Source: Vermamoeba vermiformis (lineage: Eukaryota). Taken from it: a stretch of 64,000 nucleotides of DNA. Position 1 is the stretch's first letter. The number at the start of each line of letters is the position of its first letter. Below the pieces are notes generated by a model. The model saw only the letters and a program-made list of their open reading frames with translations, made no database searches and was not told the origin of the DNA. Below are positions 48,430 through 61,957 of this stretch, piece by piece. A program made the translations under genes and the position numbers. The stretch is taken from the NCBI GenBank assembly GCA_045837725.1, contig JBEWZL010000213.1:1-64000 (forward strand), in the 5' to 3' direction.

Positions 48430-51428
48430 TCAGCTTGAGAATTCCATCTCGAAGCGGAATAACTCGTTTGCGTTCTCCTTCATGTAGGGATACCACATTA
48501 TATAGCTGTAAAATAGTTAGTAAAATCTTTTGGTTTTTTTTGTGACTTACTTCGTGGCCCAGATATTATTGTAAATACAAAAATGAACTCCGTCGGTCAC
48601 GGATGCGGGAGTAAAAGGTACGGGGAAGGGGTTCGTGGTGCCTACTGATAACAAAGGTACATCAGGCGTTCGAATATGCAACGTGTTCTTATCAGCATTG
48701 GTGAATTTGACGCCGTCCCAATGACCGTGCAAGTGTTGGGACCCATTTTGCACGATATCAACTACAGTCCTATTAGCTCATATTATACTATCTAAATATA
48801 TAGTACGTACTAGGCGAGACCCACTCTCCTAATTTGTTAATAAAAGTCTCTTCGGGCTTCGTGATTCGTGGCTTGAATGACAGCCAAAGTGCCTCGGGCA
48901 ATCGGGTCGGAGTTTTGTTGAACATTTGGAACAAGAATTTAATGCTGAAAAAACAGTTAGATTAATAAAATTATAGTAGTATAATATATATTGAGGTACC
49001 TTGTGCCATTTTTAGGAATTGTAACGGTCATCCAAGAGCGTTCTGGCGCGCCAAAATTTAGGATCGAATCTCCACTAGTAGTCAAGTAAATATTGAAAAT
49101 CCACGACTCCTTAGTCTCCTTATAATAAAATTGTTCCGCTTTCGTGGTCCATTCAAAATGTTTTGCGCCGCCTTTGCTCGTACAATTCGGCTTGGCAAAG
49201 TCAAGTTCAAACCAAGGACAATCCGTGTGCCAATCGCAATAGCCGTATTGATCTATGTAATCTATAAAATCTTGTTCACTGAACGTAGTATATACGAATC
49301 GAGCAGCGGAATAATTGCCAGATGTAATTGGCACCCAATCGACTCCCGAGATCTTGTCGCTGATATAAACTAGGCCACCGTGAGATCCAAAGGCTACATT
49401 AAATCTTCCGCATTCAAAAATCTCATTGGCGAATTTTTTGACACGAGTAAAGCCGTCCAAACTCGGTTCCTAGAAAAAATAATGGATCAGATCGAGATCT
49501 TTTTTTGCGCCGAATAATATACCTTAGGAATAAGTTGAATGACCTCTCTGGATATTAAAGAGACTAATGGATGGTCTTGAAGTGCATCAATAGCGAAGAA
49601 AATGAATTGCCTTTGTTCTTTCCACGAGTCTTTCATCGTAACAAAATTCGGATCGTTCATGACTTGGCCAAAAGCAATATTAGACCAGTTCTCCCTATTA
49701 TAGAAGTATGAGTATAGTCCTATCATTTTAGTATAGTCTAATCTTACCAATCATGCAAAAAAGTTTTAACATCCAGACCCCATGTATGTTCAGCTGCTTT
49801 GACTAATAGTCTGTCGAAGTCTTTAATGCGCTGATCATCTAACTTGCACTCGTTTTTCTCGAAGCAATAATCACGAGCTCGAAGAATAGCTCTGAACAAT
49901 TTGTTTTTGAACGGATCGGATGCGACTACAAAATTTAAGGATTAATTTCGGTATTACTGCTTATATAATAATATTAACGTACTTCCATGGATCCAAGTGT
50001 CGCCTATTTCGCTATTAATAGTTGGCAAGTTCTTTTGATAAGGCAAGAACTCGTTGACGAATCTATCGAAGGTAGATGCGACCACTTTAGCGTTAGGAAA
50101 TTCAGTTTGAACGTCTTTGTAGTTTTGTAGAATTTCTGCAACACTTTCTGGAGGACCTTGGTTGTCTCCTCTAAATGCGGAGACTAAGGCATGGTTCAGA
50201 TCCGGAATAATAACTGCATCGTCAACAGAATAGCCTCCATAGCCACCTATCGTATACACCATTAATATTAAGTAATTTGTGGGCAATTTCAGGCAAAAAT
50301 AATAGTTTTTGAGCGAGATATAGTACCTGGATGATACAGCGTCAAAATGCTCTCGCTGTGCTCGGGATTTCGCTTCGAAGGAGACCATAAAAATGCTTTA
50401 GGGACTGCAGGTGGTGCAGAACCTCCATTAACACCGACAGTAATGGCCTTAACACCAGACTACAAGAATGTTAATAAAAGAACTAGATCTTGTTCGAGAC
50501 TCACATCTTTCAATATCTTAATGACGCTGCTAGTCATGCCAGGGACATCTCTTTGTGACATTACGATAGTTTTGTTTCGTCCGTACTTCGCGTCCTGGTG
50601 AATTAGAGTCCGTTACAAATTGCCTTTTTAGGAAATAGCAATAAAAATGAATACTTACCAAATCTCGAGCGATGGAAAGACTATCCTTGAATAGACGAGC
50701 ATTAAGGTATTCAGGCTAAATAAAGATAATTAACTTCGATAAAAATTTAGCGGATCTCATTTTAGACTTACTTCAGCATTGAAAGGAAATACGTGCCAAG
50801 CAATATAACCCTTTCTGATACCCTCTTCGAACTCTTTAAGAGCTGTATTGTTAGGACAATGTAATGAACCTTGGCCAGGCAAGCCATTTAACGAAGGGCA
50901 ATCGGTGTACATTGACACTAACCACGGATGTGTCGTGTAAATGAATCTAAATGCACATTCAGCAATCATTTATCGTTCTTATTATTTAATATATTATTTT
51001 TATCCTTATTTAAGCAAGTACTTACGTTTTGCCAGACCCGCCATTTTCAAGTTCTTTAGCCAAGCGGATGGCGCGAGGGAAATATTCATCAAAATATTTA
51101 TTCATAACATTAACAGCAAATCCAACTATTTTTATTGATAAATTTAGGATTAGAACAGATATCTCTTGTTTGAAATGTTTGCAAATATATTTTTTACCTG
51201 TTGGATCAATGCCATCAAAGCCAACATCGAGATGATTCATGAATACTATAAGCATTAATATTAATTCATAATATTATCCGAGTAGATTCGCTTACCTAAA
51301 TGAACATATTTGACATCTGACGGATTCACTCGCTCATTTTTTGTTCGACTAGCACTAGCCACGCAAAATAATACATAAAATGCTATAAAAGCGAGTATAG
51401 CTCTATTTTTGAGCATATTCGCACCCAT
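48430..51428 (-). CDS. Secreted/lysosomal glycoside hydrolase, GH38-like (DUF5054-type)
   Basis: Signal peptide, FMNHLDVGF, FIYTTHPWL, AWH..PFNAE, QRDVPGMT, VGVNGGSAPP.VP, DNQGPP, EIGDTWIHG..SDP, EHTWGLD, KTPTRLPEALWLSF, YNNIW.TNYIMWYP. Confidence 0.8.
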
Positions 51429-51724
51429 TACTCTTCTCTGGGTCCGGACTGTCGAAAAAATGAAAATTTCACCTTGGTACCAGGACCCAATCTCAAGTAG
51501 ATGCGGTCCATTTAAATCCTCTAATGTAGAATTCAACTAATACACGTCTTAGTATACAATCTCTGCAATTTCTTGTGAACCTTCCGTGTTGCAGCTTTCG
51601 CGCTCGAAAAACGAAAAACGGAAAAAACGGCGGCCCAATAAAAACAGAAATTTGCGAGATATTCATTCACATTAGTAGTTTAAGTACTATAGTATAACAC
51701 ACATCTAATAGTACGGCATATACT

Positions 51725-53534
51725 ATGAGTTATTTAGAAGACGAAGTTATTTGTCGGTTTTGTCACGAAGTTGACCCGCAAGAAGATCTGATCTCTCCTT
51801 GCTTGGTAAGATTTACTCGCCTATATTAATAATCTTATAGATAAATTTGCAAACTTAATCGATCTGTTTGTAAAAATAATTTGAATCTGTAAAATCAATT
51901 CCAGCGGTTCACAGCCTCCACGCATATCGTTAATTTAATTTGATATTATTACATATTATTTATAATTATTAATTATAATTATTGTGCTATTGGCAGTTAG
52001 TTAATTCGGATTTGTTTTTAGTGCAAGGGATCTATCGGTTTAGTTCACCGTCAATGCTTGGATACATGGTAAGTACTATAAAAATACTAATATAATATTA
52101 TGCACGAATTTTTTCGACAATTTAAGGCGATAGAATAGAATTCTAATTTTCGTATTTTTTTGTTTAGGCGATCTGTCTCTCCTAAGGCCGATTCATTTTA
52201 CAAATGCGATCAGTGCCATTTTGAATATAAACTCATCGAAAAGAAAGAAAACGATCGATCATGCAATAAATTTAAGGTACGTTGGACAACATCCACCTCT
52301 TTACTAAAAATAGAAACTGATCTTTTGCTTAGTTTGGCATGATGGTTACTCGAGACGTATTTATTGTCTTCTTATTATTAAATGCTAGTAAGTATTTAAA
52401 CCTACTTAACTATTTTGTACCGGATCTGGACTAACAATGGTTTTCAGTTATTATTGGTATTGGCTTCCTTGGCGAGACTATCGAATCCAGATACTTCATT
52501 AAAGTTAGTATATATACTACTACCAATCTTAAATTTCAAGCGGATTAAGATCCTTTTTTCTGATCGAATTCGTTTCTCAATTTTTTTTTGCGCTAGCTCT
52601 TCCCTGGCGGCCAGTTTATCAATCAATATTTAATGTTACGAGTCTACGCATTCGGCGGCATCGTTTTCTTCGCTTTAGCTGGTTTTATCGGTCTGATCTT
52701 GGTGTGCACTGTTGGACTCAGTGGCCCATCGACTAGTTACACTGCAGACACCTATCCTTATCGGTACGTATATATAGCCCACGCCTATAATACAATATAT
52801 CATATGCGACTGACACTGGTGTTCGCTAGATCTGGCGGCTTTTACATTTTTTACTGTCCCGGCCCTGGTCCGATGTGCGACTGCACTCCAGTTTGTAAGT
52901 ATAACCTTCTTATAGTATATATTATACGATATTATTATTTATATAACATGTTCTAATATGATAAATGCGTTAGGCTGCTCGTGCACCGGTCACCATCATC
53001 ACCACAGCAATTTGTGCGGCGGATCTTCTTCGTGCAGCGGTGGAGGCAATTCAAACAACGATGTTGGTGGTGGATTGATCGTTGTAAGTATTAATATTGA
53101 CCTGCTTATATTAACAAACCAAGCTACGGTCAGATCTGGATCTAATGTTTTGGATCGTTGAGTATGATACTAATGGTATTTTATTATAGATTGTCGTGTT
53201 GATTTTGATCTTAGTCGCCCTTGGCATTATTTTTGGCGTGATTTTGTTCACTGTTTTCCTCAGCAAATCAATCCACAGACACGCGCACATTATGCGACAA
53301 AAACAAGCTGCAAAGGTAAAATTGATTCGAGGATGTGGGTGTTAATAACATATCTTAATGTCTTATATATAGGTCTATTATGTGGCTAACTTGAATGACC
53401 CAATGGAGCGAGAACAAGCTGAAAAATCTCCCCCTTCACCCGCTGACATTGCGATAGTTATTCCTACCCAAGAACGCAGTCCTTTATTGGTTAATGATGA
53501 AAAGAATATGAAGGGCGTCGAGACCATCTTGTAA
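51725..53534 (+). CDS. MARCH-type RING-CH (RINGv) membrane E3 ubiquitin ligase
   Basis: CRFCHE..EDLISPCLCKGSIGLVHRQCLDTW..CDQCHFEY, followed by several TM segments and a Cys/His/Gly-rich loop. Confidence 0.9.
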
Positions 53535-53973
53535 AATTATGAATATGCAGCATAACATTATTTACTGTAAAATAGAATAAATGGAAAGTCAACAGATCCA
53601 GCTGGAAAATTTCCGAAACGTTATTTATTCATGTAACCTAAGGCATAACCTCAATAGCGGTTAGAAAGATTAATGTAGTTTAAAAAAAGCGTTTCTTGTA
53701 GATCCGATTTACTGTTGATTCCATAGATCTCAATTGCTCGTGTTTCACCAAATTTCATAAAAATCTTCGTGCGAAGCACAATCCTTTTTTGTATTTTGGA
53801 GAAATTTAGTAAATTTACTAATTTATATTGATTCTGAACCGCGATCGTTTGGATTCTTCGCATTATTTCTGCGCAGAAACAAAAGCTCGTGCAATGTTTA
53901 ACAGCCTGTTAGCACTGTGTGCCGCAGTATCTGCAGTAAATCATTATCTTTTCATTAAACATAACACAACGCA

Positions 53974-55222
53974 ATGAAAGCCCTCATTACAGCCTCACTG
54001 ATTCTCATACTCGCTGTAGCAGCGCAAGCTCTAACGTAAGTTACAACAAATCCAGCGTAATTACACCATTTTTCACATTAAATTCTGAAGAGTAGCCGCA
54101 TATGCAATAATTTAATTAGTATTACTCGTAAATGAGTTCGATGATAACAAGTAATTTAATAGGGCAACCCAAATTACGCAGGTCGTTAATGCTCACAACG
54201 CAGAAAGAGCCGTGTTCGGCCTCGCGCCAGTGACATACAACGCCTCTATTGAACGTAAGTAAAATTTCTGCTTTGCGAGCGATTTTATTCAGATCCGAAG
54301 AAATTAAACTAATGATCCGCTTCAGAAATTGCTCAAACTTACGTCGATAGCTGTCCTTCTGGTCACAGTGGAACCGCTGGCTTGGGCGAGAATATGTATT
54401 GGGGTTCTTCACAAGATCTGACATTTGCTGTCAATGCGTGGACCGCAGGCAAGTAAATCAAATCTTAAATTCATATCACAAAGTATCTAAACTATCTCTA
54501 TAGAAAAACAATACTGGAACTGCACCTCCAATACGTGCTGCAAAGACGGTACGTGCTCTTGGTATCCATGCGGCCACTTCACTCAAATCGTTTGGTCCTC
54601 GAGCACGCAGATCGGATGCGGTACGTTGAACGCTACTGCCACACGCTCAACAGCTTATCTTTACTTTCTATAGGCATCAAACTCTGCGGAAGCTGGTACA
54701 CTGTTGTTTGCAACTATTAGTACGTAGATCAGATCTTCACTATATCTTCGGTAGAGATTTCTTCGTCTAACCGTAAATTTTCACACTAGTCGCCCTGGTA
54801 ACTGGAATTGCAATCCATTCTGTGATCGCCCGTTCCCTCTCGCCAATTGCCCTGCTTTAGCCACCGCACCTCAAGTGACACCTGTCGCAACTCCAATCGC
54901 CACCCCAGTCGCTGTGCCACCAGCCGCACCTGTTGCCGCGCCAGTCTCTGCACCAAAGGCTGTGCCGATTGCTACTCCCGTAGTTGTCCCTACAGAAGCT
55001 CCCGTCGCTGCTCCACGAGCAGCTCCTGTGGCAGCTCCTGTCAGAATTCGAACGCCGAGACCGCATCCTAATAGGACGCCAAGAGCAGCACCCGTTGCCG
55101 CGCCGAGAACAGCCAGCAGTAGCTCTTTAACCAACGAGAATCCGCAGGCAGTGAGCACCGCTAATCATTTGGTTAGTGGATTTGCAGCCGTGTTGGTCCT
55201 CGTTTTAGCTGCTTTACTGTAA
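53974..55222 (+). CDS. CAP (SCP/PR-1) domain protein with a Pro/Ala/Val/Thr-rich stalk and a probable GPI-anchor signal
   Basis: Signal peptide, VNAHNAER, GENMY, AVNAW..E, CGHFTQIVW..STQIGCG, VVCNY..PGN, PVAAP repeats and a hydrophobic C-terminus. Confidence 0.92.
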
Positions 55223-55432
55223 AGGGTACCTAATTCTGAGAAATGGCAACCAATAAATAAAATTAAGTATTAGTGTGTGCGACATTTTTTGCCTCAATCA
55301 AATGGGACCAATTTAGAAAATTCCAGCGATTAGTATTTCCCGTTTCATTTTTTTCGCATTTTTCGTTGCACCTTAATTAAGCCACTATAGTGCATTGCTT
55401 TCGTGCTTCGGTATCGTTCCTCTGACGGCGTA

Positions 55433-57174
55433 ATGGATCCGCGTCTTCGATTCATTCTATTTACGCTGCTCTATATTTGTTTCGCGAGAGGAGACACGCT
55501 GCATTTTAATGCTGATTTATCGGTAAATTGCTCAAGTATAGGCCAAGTTTCGTGTTGTGATTTGCTGGATTCAAAATTCTGGATCGAAAATAAATCACCA
55601 GGTAATATTAAATAAAATCAAAATGATAAAAACTCACCTTAAAAATCAATATTAATTTATTGCAGTTGATGGCGATGGAATTATAATTAATGCAGCAGAA
55701 GGTGATCTTTGTTTCCGTTTATCCCATCCGCTAAATCTTTCCAGCGTGCAGACAAACCTCACTAAAGCAACTATAATAGTTAAACAATATCTGTCAGTTG
55801 TCAATCTAGTCGGACAAGACGTTTGGATGAATGTTGCAAGCGGATTGATTGTCTTCGGCACGGAACTTAATTTATCTCTTCTTGGAAACATTACAATAGC
55901 CAATATTCACGTAAAATCGTTAGCCCTACAATTTGAATCAACGCTCAAGGTAATAACACTGTTTGATCCAAAAGTATGTTTGACATTTTTGTGACACGTG
56001 TCATTCTCGATCCAGGTCCAGAATCTCACTGTCGACAAGGACTTCACTAGTGACTCATCAACGGCTATATATTGCAATTATTTGTACACGGGAGACAATC
56101 GATTCTCACAAGACGGACTCGTGGAATGTGATACTATTGTGATGGCAAACTCCCTAGTTTGGATAAATGGCTACATGAAAGCCAACACGATCAACGCGAC
56201 GACGTACTTTCATATTGAAGAAGGTGGCAAGGTCGATGTAAATACACTGAATTTGCGAGCTTTGTCAGTACACGGAACTCTCACCAGCACCAACGATATA
56301 CACGTGACCTATGGTCCTTGTACGTACGTACACTTTCTTAGCCGCTCATTCTAATCACTCCTATAGACGTCAGAGGAATCATTAATGTACCTAAACTGTA
56401 CTTGTCTCCAACAGCGCTATTGTACGGTACCGGCATTGTCAACGGATCCGTCGAGTCAACCGTAAGTTGGAACTTTTGTTAGTGAATAGATTGTTTAATT
56501 TTTAATAGGGAAGTATTGGACCTACCTTTACTATTCAAGACCCACCTGTTAGTTCAACTCAATTGACTATCACTGGTGACTTATGGGCTGCAAACAACAA
56601 GTTTCAAGTCGCTATTCGCAGCACAAATGAATACTTTTTGCAATCAAAACTCGTCGTGCACGGCACTGCTGTTATTACAAATATGACAATTGCAGCTGAT
56701 TTTGCAAATGGATATGAAATCGCACCGTTCAGTTGTGTTGTGATGGAGTTTGGATCCGCTGTTGGTGAGGCACATGTCGAAGCTAATTTCCGTGCACGCT
56801 TGGATATTTCCCGGAATGCTACTGCTCTTATTCTTAGCGGCTACGACTGTAAGCTATTATGATATTTTACTGGCCGATAAATATAATTACTAAGATATCT
56901 TTAGGGTACATAAAACCACCTGTCGCAGAGCCTCTTGGATCCGTAACCCCGGATGACAGTAAGTTGACTAATAGCAATGCATCCATTATAACTACATATA
57001 TAAGTATATTGTACTAATGAATGATATGTAGGCGACAACAATTTGTTCTATTGGAAGATCGGGGCGATCGCGTTGGCATGTCTTGCAGTCGTGCTTATAG
57101 TTGTCATTATAGTCATGATTATTAAGCGAAATATGGCAAAGAAAGCATATAGTTACAATCTTATTGTTGAATAG
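55433..57174 (+). CDS. Hypothetical type I membrane protein with a beta-rich ectodomain
   Basis: Signal peptide MDPRLRFILFTLLYICFARG, beta-strand-rich exons, a C-terminal TM IGAIALACLAVVLIVVIIVMII followed by KRNMAKKAYSYNLIVE*. Confidence 0.65.
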
Positions 57175-57270
57175 TTAGTTTTAATTTTGTAAATAAAGGA
57201 ATTTTTCTCGTACTTTTTACCACCAAGATGAATACAACAGATTAGATTATTAACTTGTAATATATATTAT

Positions 57271-59315
57271 ATGGAACACTCTCTAACATTTTTGGGTGCT
57301 ATTAACACCTTCGGAGGCCTTAATTTTGGTTATAACACCGGTAGGTAAAAATGTCTCGATCCAGATCGCATTTTATAATAAATGATTATATTTAGCAATT
57401 ATTGCATACGCATTAATATCGCTGAAACCTCAGTACGATTTGGACTCCTTTAACGTAAGTGAAATAAATTGCAATTATTAACTTTGACACAAAAATATCT
57501 AAAAATGTTATTATTAGGAAGGTCTACTCGCTGGATCCGTTCTTCTAGGTGGATTAATTGGCGCATTAACTGCTGGCATTTTTGCCGATTTTTTGGGACG
57601 TAAAAAGGTGGGTGACACAGTGTCACGATATGGCACGCAAGATCAGATCTGCACAGAATCCCGTGCTTATCAATATTTCATTATTATTGATATATTTGGC
57701 GATAATAAGCTGATTTTTTCCGATAGGCAATCCTGATCGTCTCAATAATCAATATTATTGCTGCCGTTGTTCTCGCACTCTCGCCTTCTTTCGTATTTAT
57801 GCTCGTAGTGCGTGCTATATTCGGTTTTGGTAAGTAATAATGCACTATAAACTCTCTATCAGATCCGCTAATAATTTCCTTTTTAGGTGTTGCTAGTTCA
57901 GTAGTCTTATGTCCTTTGTACGTTGCTGAAACAGTAGACCCTCAAAAAAGAGGATTAATGGGAGGAATTTTTCAGGTATTTATAATATGCGGAGGTATTA
58001 ATCTGAAATCTAAGCTCATTTTATTTATCGGATCTAGCTCGCCGTTACATTAGGCATCTTAATCGCCTATCTCGTCGGATTTGCCCTCATTAGACTAGCA
58101 GCATCTGTAAGTATATAATTACATTGCTACTTATCTTATTAACGTCTATGTAGGATATTAACTGGCGCGTAATGTTAGGCCTTGGAGGATTTCCAGGCTT
58201 AGGTCTGCTTATTTTAGGCATTAAAATGGAAGAATCTCAATTATGGATTGATAAAAAGGTATGAATAATATCAAAACTCGACTTAAATTAATTTCCTTTC
58301 TTGTAGCGAGGAATGAAATCGGATTTGGATCATCTTCTTGAAGACACAGAAAGGTACGTTAAAATAGAATTTATATTGTTATTCTGATATGCTATTATAG
58401 TCTTGAACCAAAAGCACAAGCCCGAATCTGCAGCGCTCACGGAATTAAATTGATCGTAACGATTATTGCTCTTGCTGCTACAGTACAACTAACTGGTAAT
58501 ATTTAACCCTTGCGTTATTAAACCTTTATTTATATATCCTATTAGGCATCAACGGAATTATGTTCTTCGCACCAAGTTTGCTTCAAAAAGTTGGCATCCA
58601 GCAAGAGAGCGAAATTTTAACTATTGTAAGCAATGCAAAGCCTTGATATAATCATATTAATCCTAATTATGTAGATTATTGGAGTATGGAACCTTGTTAT
58701 CACCGTTGGCGTCGTATTTAGTGGCTTTGTTGATAAGTTCGGAAGAAAGCCGATCTGGGTACGTTTTATACGCTTATTGAAATCATATCTAACTATAGCA
58801 TAGCTTATTACATCCATTACTATGGCCGTATCAACTCTCGTCTTAGCTATAGTCTCACTTCAAACCGTTGAAATTGATCCGCAAGCTCGATCTTGGATCT
58901 CGGTCATTGCTATTGCACTGTTTATTGCCGGATTTGCTGCTGGACCTGGATTAGTGTTCTGGATCATAGTCAACGAGATATTCCCGAAGTAAGACCTCAT
59001 TGTAGAAGTACGTTAGATTCGCGTACTGACCATTTCCGTTACAGACAATACCGCGAATATGGCGCTGCTATTGGCAACGGAGCATGTTGGATATTTAATT
59101 TAATTTTAACAAGCTTTTTCCAACGTAAGTAATGAATGAACCAACTTTGTACAGATGCGATCTTGCTAACAAATGATTTTCCTTAATTAGTAAGCATTGA
59201 TAATTATGGTGTTTCTGCCGTTTTCTTTGGCTTCTCGGGAATTGGAATTGCCATGGTAATTATAGCCGCAACAATGTTGCCAGAAACACGACCGAATCCA
59301 AGATCCATAAATTAG
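57271..59315 (+). CDS. MFS sugar porter family transporter (many short exons)
   Basis: GGLIFGYNT, ADFLGRK, PLYVAE..RG, WRVMLG, QLTGIN.IMFFAP, VDKFGRKP, WIIVNEIFP, LPET. Confidence 0.93.
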
Positions 59316-59353
59316 TTACTTCCTCTCAAAACACTTTAGAACCATTAGGCTTG

Positions 59354-61641
59354 TTATTTATTTTCAATCGATTCAGCATCGTCTTGCTTTTCTTCTTTGG
59401 GCTGCTCTTTGGGCGGTTCTTGAGCTTGATCTTCGGTTGCGCTCTTCTTAGCCTCTTTTTCGTTTTTTTCTTGTTCTTCTAATTGCGCCTTTTCTTCTAA
59501 ACACTTCTCGCAGTGGCAATTGAACAAATACTTCTCCCATAACATTTGTTGGCGAGATTTGTAGTCCGCGTCGTCATCGTCTAAATAATTAATAGTGATT
59601 TCTTCGCCTTTAGCAATAGGTCTTAAAGCTACGATAGAAATTCGTGCCTCTTCTCCTTCTTCCATAATACGTTCATCAGTTTTGCCTAAAAAGGAAATTA
59701 ATTAGATCCAGCCGAATTTATTTCTTTGCGCCTGCTTACCAAAGCCAAATCCACCAATTGATATAGCATTAGGACGACACGAATGGTTGAAGCAACTATG
59801 TACGAGGCACATGCCAATGCCTAACAAGAAATCATTAGAAAGCGTTATAACAGTTAATTTTTTCTTCTCGTACATGAAGCGAATGGCGGCACAGAGTTGT
59901 TATAATAGTTTCGCTTAAGTACATCTAGCGGCATCACTGTATCATTGAACGAATCCAATTCTGCATCACTTGTCCTGTTAGCTGATTAGTACTGAGTCAG
60001 ATCCGCTGTTTGGTACGTACTCCCGGGCATTCAGCTTCTTAATGTATGAACTCAATGGTGAATACATATTCATGCAAGCACAGTTCAAGTTGCCGATAGC
60101 CAATAGTCGGTCGAAGAAATCGATATTGAATACTGCAAGCCAAGATTAGTAACGTCAAAGTGACACGTGTCATTCGAATCTTTTACGAACCTGAACTTAA
60201 CACGCGCTCGTCATCGAGCTCAGGTTTGTATAAAATCTCTTTCAACATTTCAATGCCCAATCCAGCCCGTTCAATCAATGTCTTTCTAAGCACTTCGTCA
60301 TCGGCATCGTCTTCGTGCATTTGTCGAACCATTAGCTCGACCCATGAGCCCCTAAACAACCTTGTTAATACTCAATTATACTTTAAATATGTTACTACAT
60401 ACTGTAAATAGTACTGCCATGGCTCCCAAGCCTTAATAATATCACCCTGAAAATGTCGTCAGATCTACTACTTTTGAACCGGTAAGCCGGGAAGAGAATA
60501 ACTTACATTACACCGTCTAGCTTCTAATATGATCATAGCCAACATTCTCTCGGCCAACATAAACTACACGAACCAAACTTAGTTAATAATAAACCAAAAT
60601 TATAACTGAAACAGAGGTCCGTACGTTATCACAAAATCTCCATGCAAACTCTTCGAATTTGATTACCGGGTTGTCCGGTCCTGCATTAGGCCCTGCGCAC
60701 AATGCCTATATAAAAATTAATATTGAAAAACACGTACGTCAAGCTAAAAAGTAATTCTGCGTACCTCGTGAAATTCGTACCACGCACGCTCTTTGCATGA
60801 GTCGCTGCAGTATGAAACTAATTTGCAGTGCTCGCACTCGACAGGCTCGACTATTTTTGTAGGATAACACTCCTCAAAATAAGGCAGTTCGTATTTATAG
60901 TCTTCGATTTTCATCTGGATCGCGTGATTAAAAAAAAAATTGGTTTGAAAGATTATTTGAGACTTACAGCTTCGACGCCACATTTTTCTACTAAATAATG
61001 AATATGATTTTCGATAGGACCAATATATTTCATGCAATAATGGCAAGCAGATCTTTTCGTTCGGTACTCCGGCTAAAAAAACACATCAGATCCGCATTTA
61101 AGTATTATTATCATGATTTGTTATACCTCTGGTGGCACAATAGAGACTACGAATGGATTTTCCACTAAAAGAATTTCATCTTCTTCGATGTCTCGTTTGG
61201 CGAATAGACCCTTGCCCACTTCAGGGCTTACGTACTTCACTTCGATGTCATCTTGCAGTCCAATGATTCTTGTAGCATCAGTGATGTACTACGAAAGTAT
61301 AATTAGGTCGTGATCGCTAAACTGGGCCAGCTAATCAAGATCGCAAAAATAATTTCCACCCATAAATTACAGACCGCATTAAAAATATGATCTTTATGAA
61401 AATACAATGTAAAGTAATATGAAAAGCAAATATTAGGTATTGATTGCACCAACAAAAATTTGGACGCATATTTTTTTGCAGTTTTAGTAAATCCAAGCTT
61501 GATCTGAACTACTTCGGGTCTGAAATGGTATAATTATATTTAATTAATATTATTATTCGACGTTTTATCGCTCGCGATTGTTGAAAACGCAACAGTATAC
61601 CGTACCTGAAGCATCTCTTCGCGATCAGTAACAACTTGCAT
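59354..61641 (-). CDS. SET and MYND domain lysine methyltransferase (SMYD5-like)
   Basis: GKGLFAKRDI..EILLVENP, MYND C..C..YCS..C...AW..FH..LC, FNHSCRPNA, ALRPIAKGEEITINYL, YLFNCHCEKC. Confidence 0.9.
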
Positions 61642-61957
61642 GATTGTCAGAGTACTCTTTTTAAATGACAGGAGTGGCCTCGTTATCTACAAATAATACA
61701 ACATTAGATTTCGGCTAATCTCGCAATCTAGATGACAGCCCTGGTAGATAACGGCGATCCATCCGGTTTTATTCTTTGATTTATTCGCCGTTAAAATTTT
61801 TATCCTGCCTTCATAAATAAATAAGCGTATTCTTTTTGCAGCTACACGACGTTGTTATGGTTAAAAAAAGATTCTTTTATTCAGATGCAGATCCAAATGG
61901 AACACACCAAAAATGTCCACATTATTTATATATTCCATTAATGATAGCTTAACGTTC

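Noticed and set aside
54700-54725. Apparent premature stop (NY*) in the CAP gene
   Set aside because: The TAG spans a splice donor (TA|gtacgt); splicing to the next exon restores YYRPGNW.
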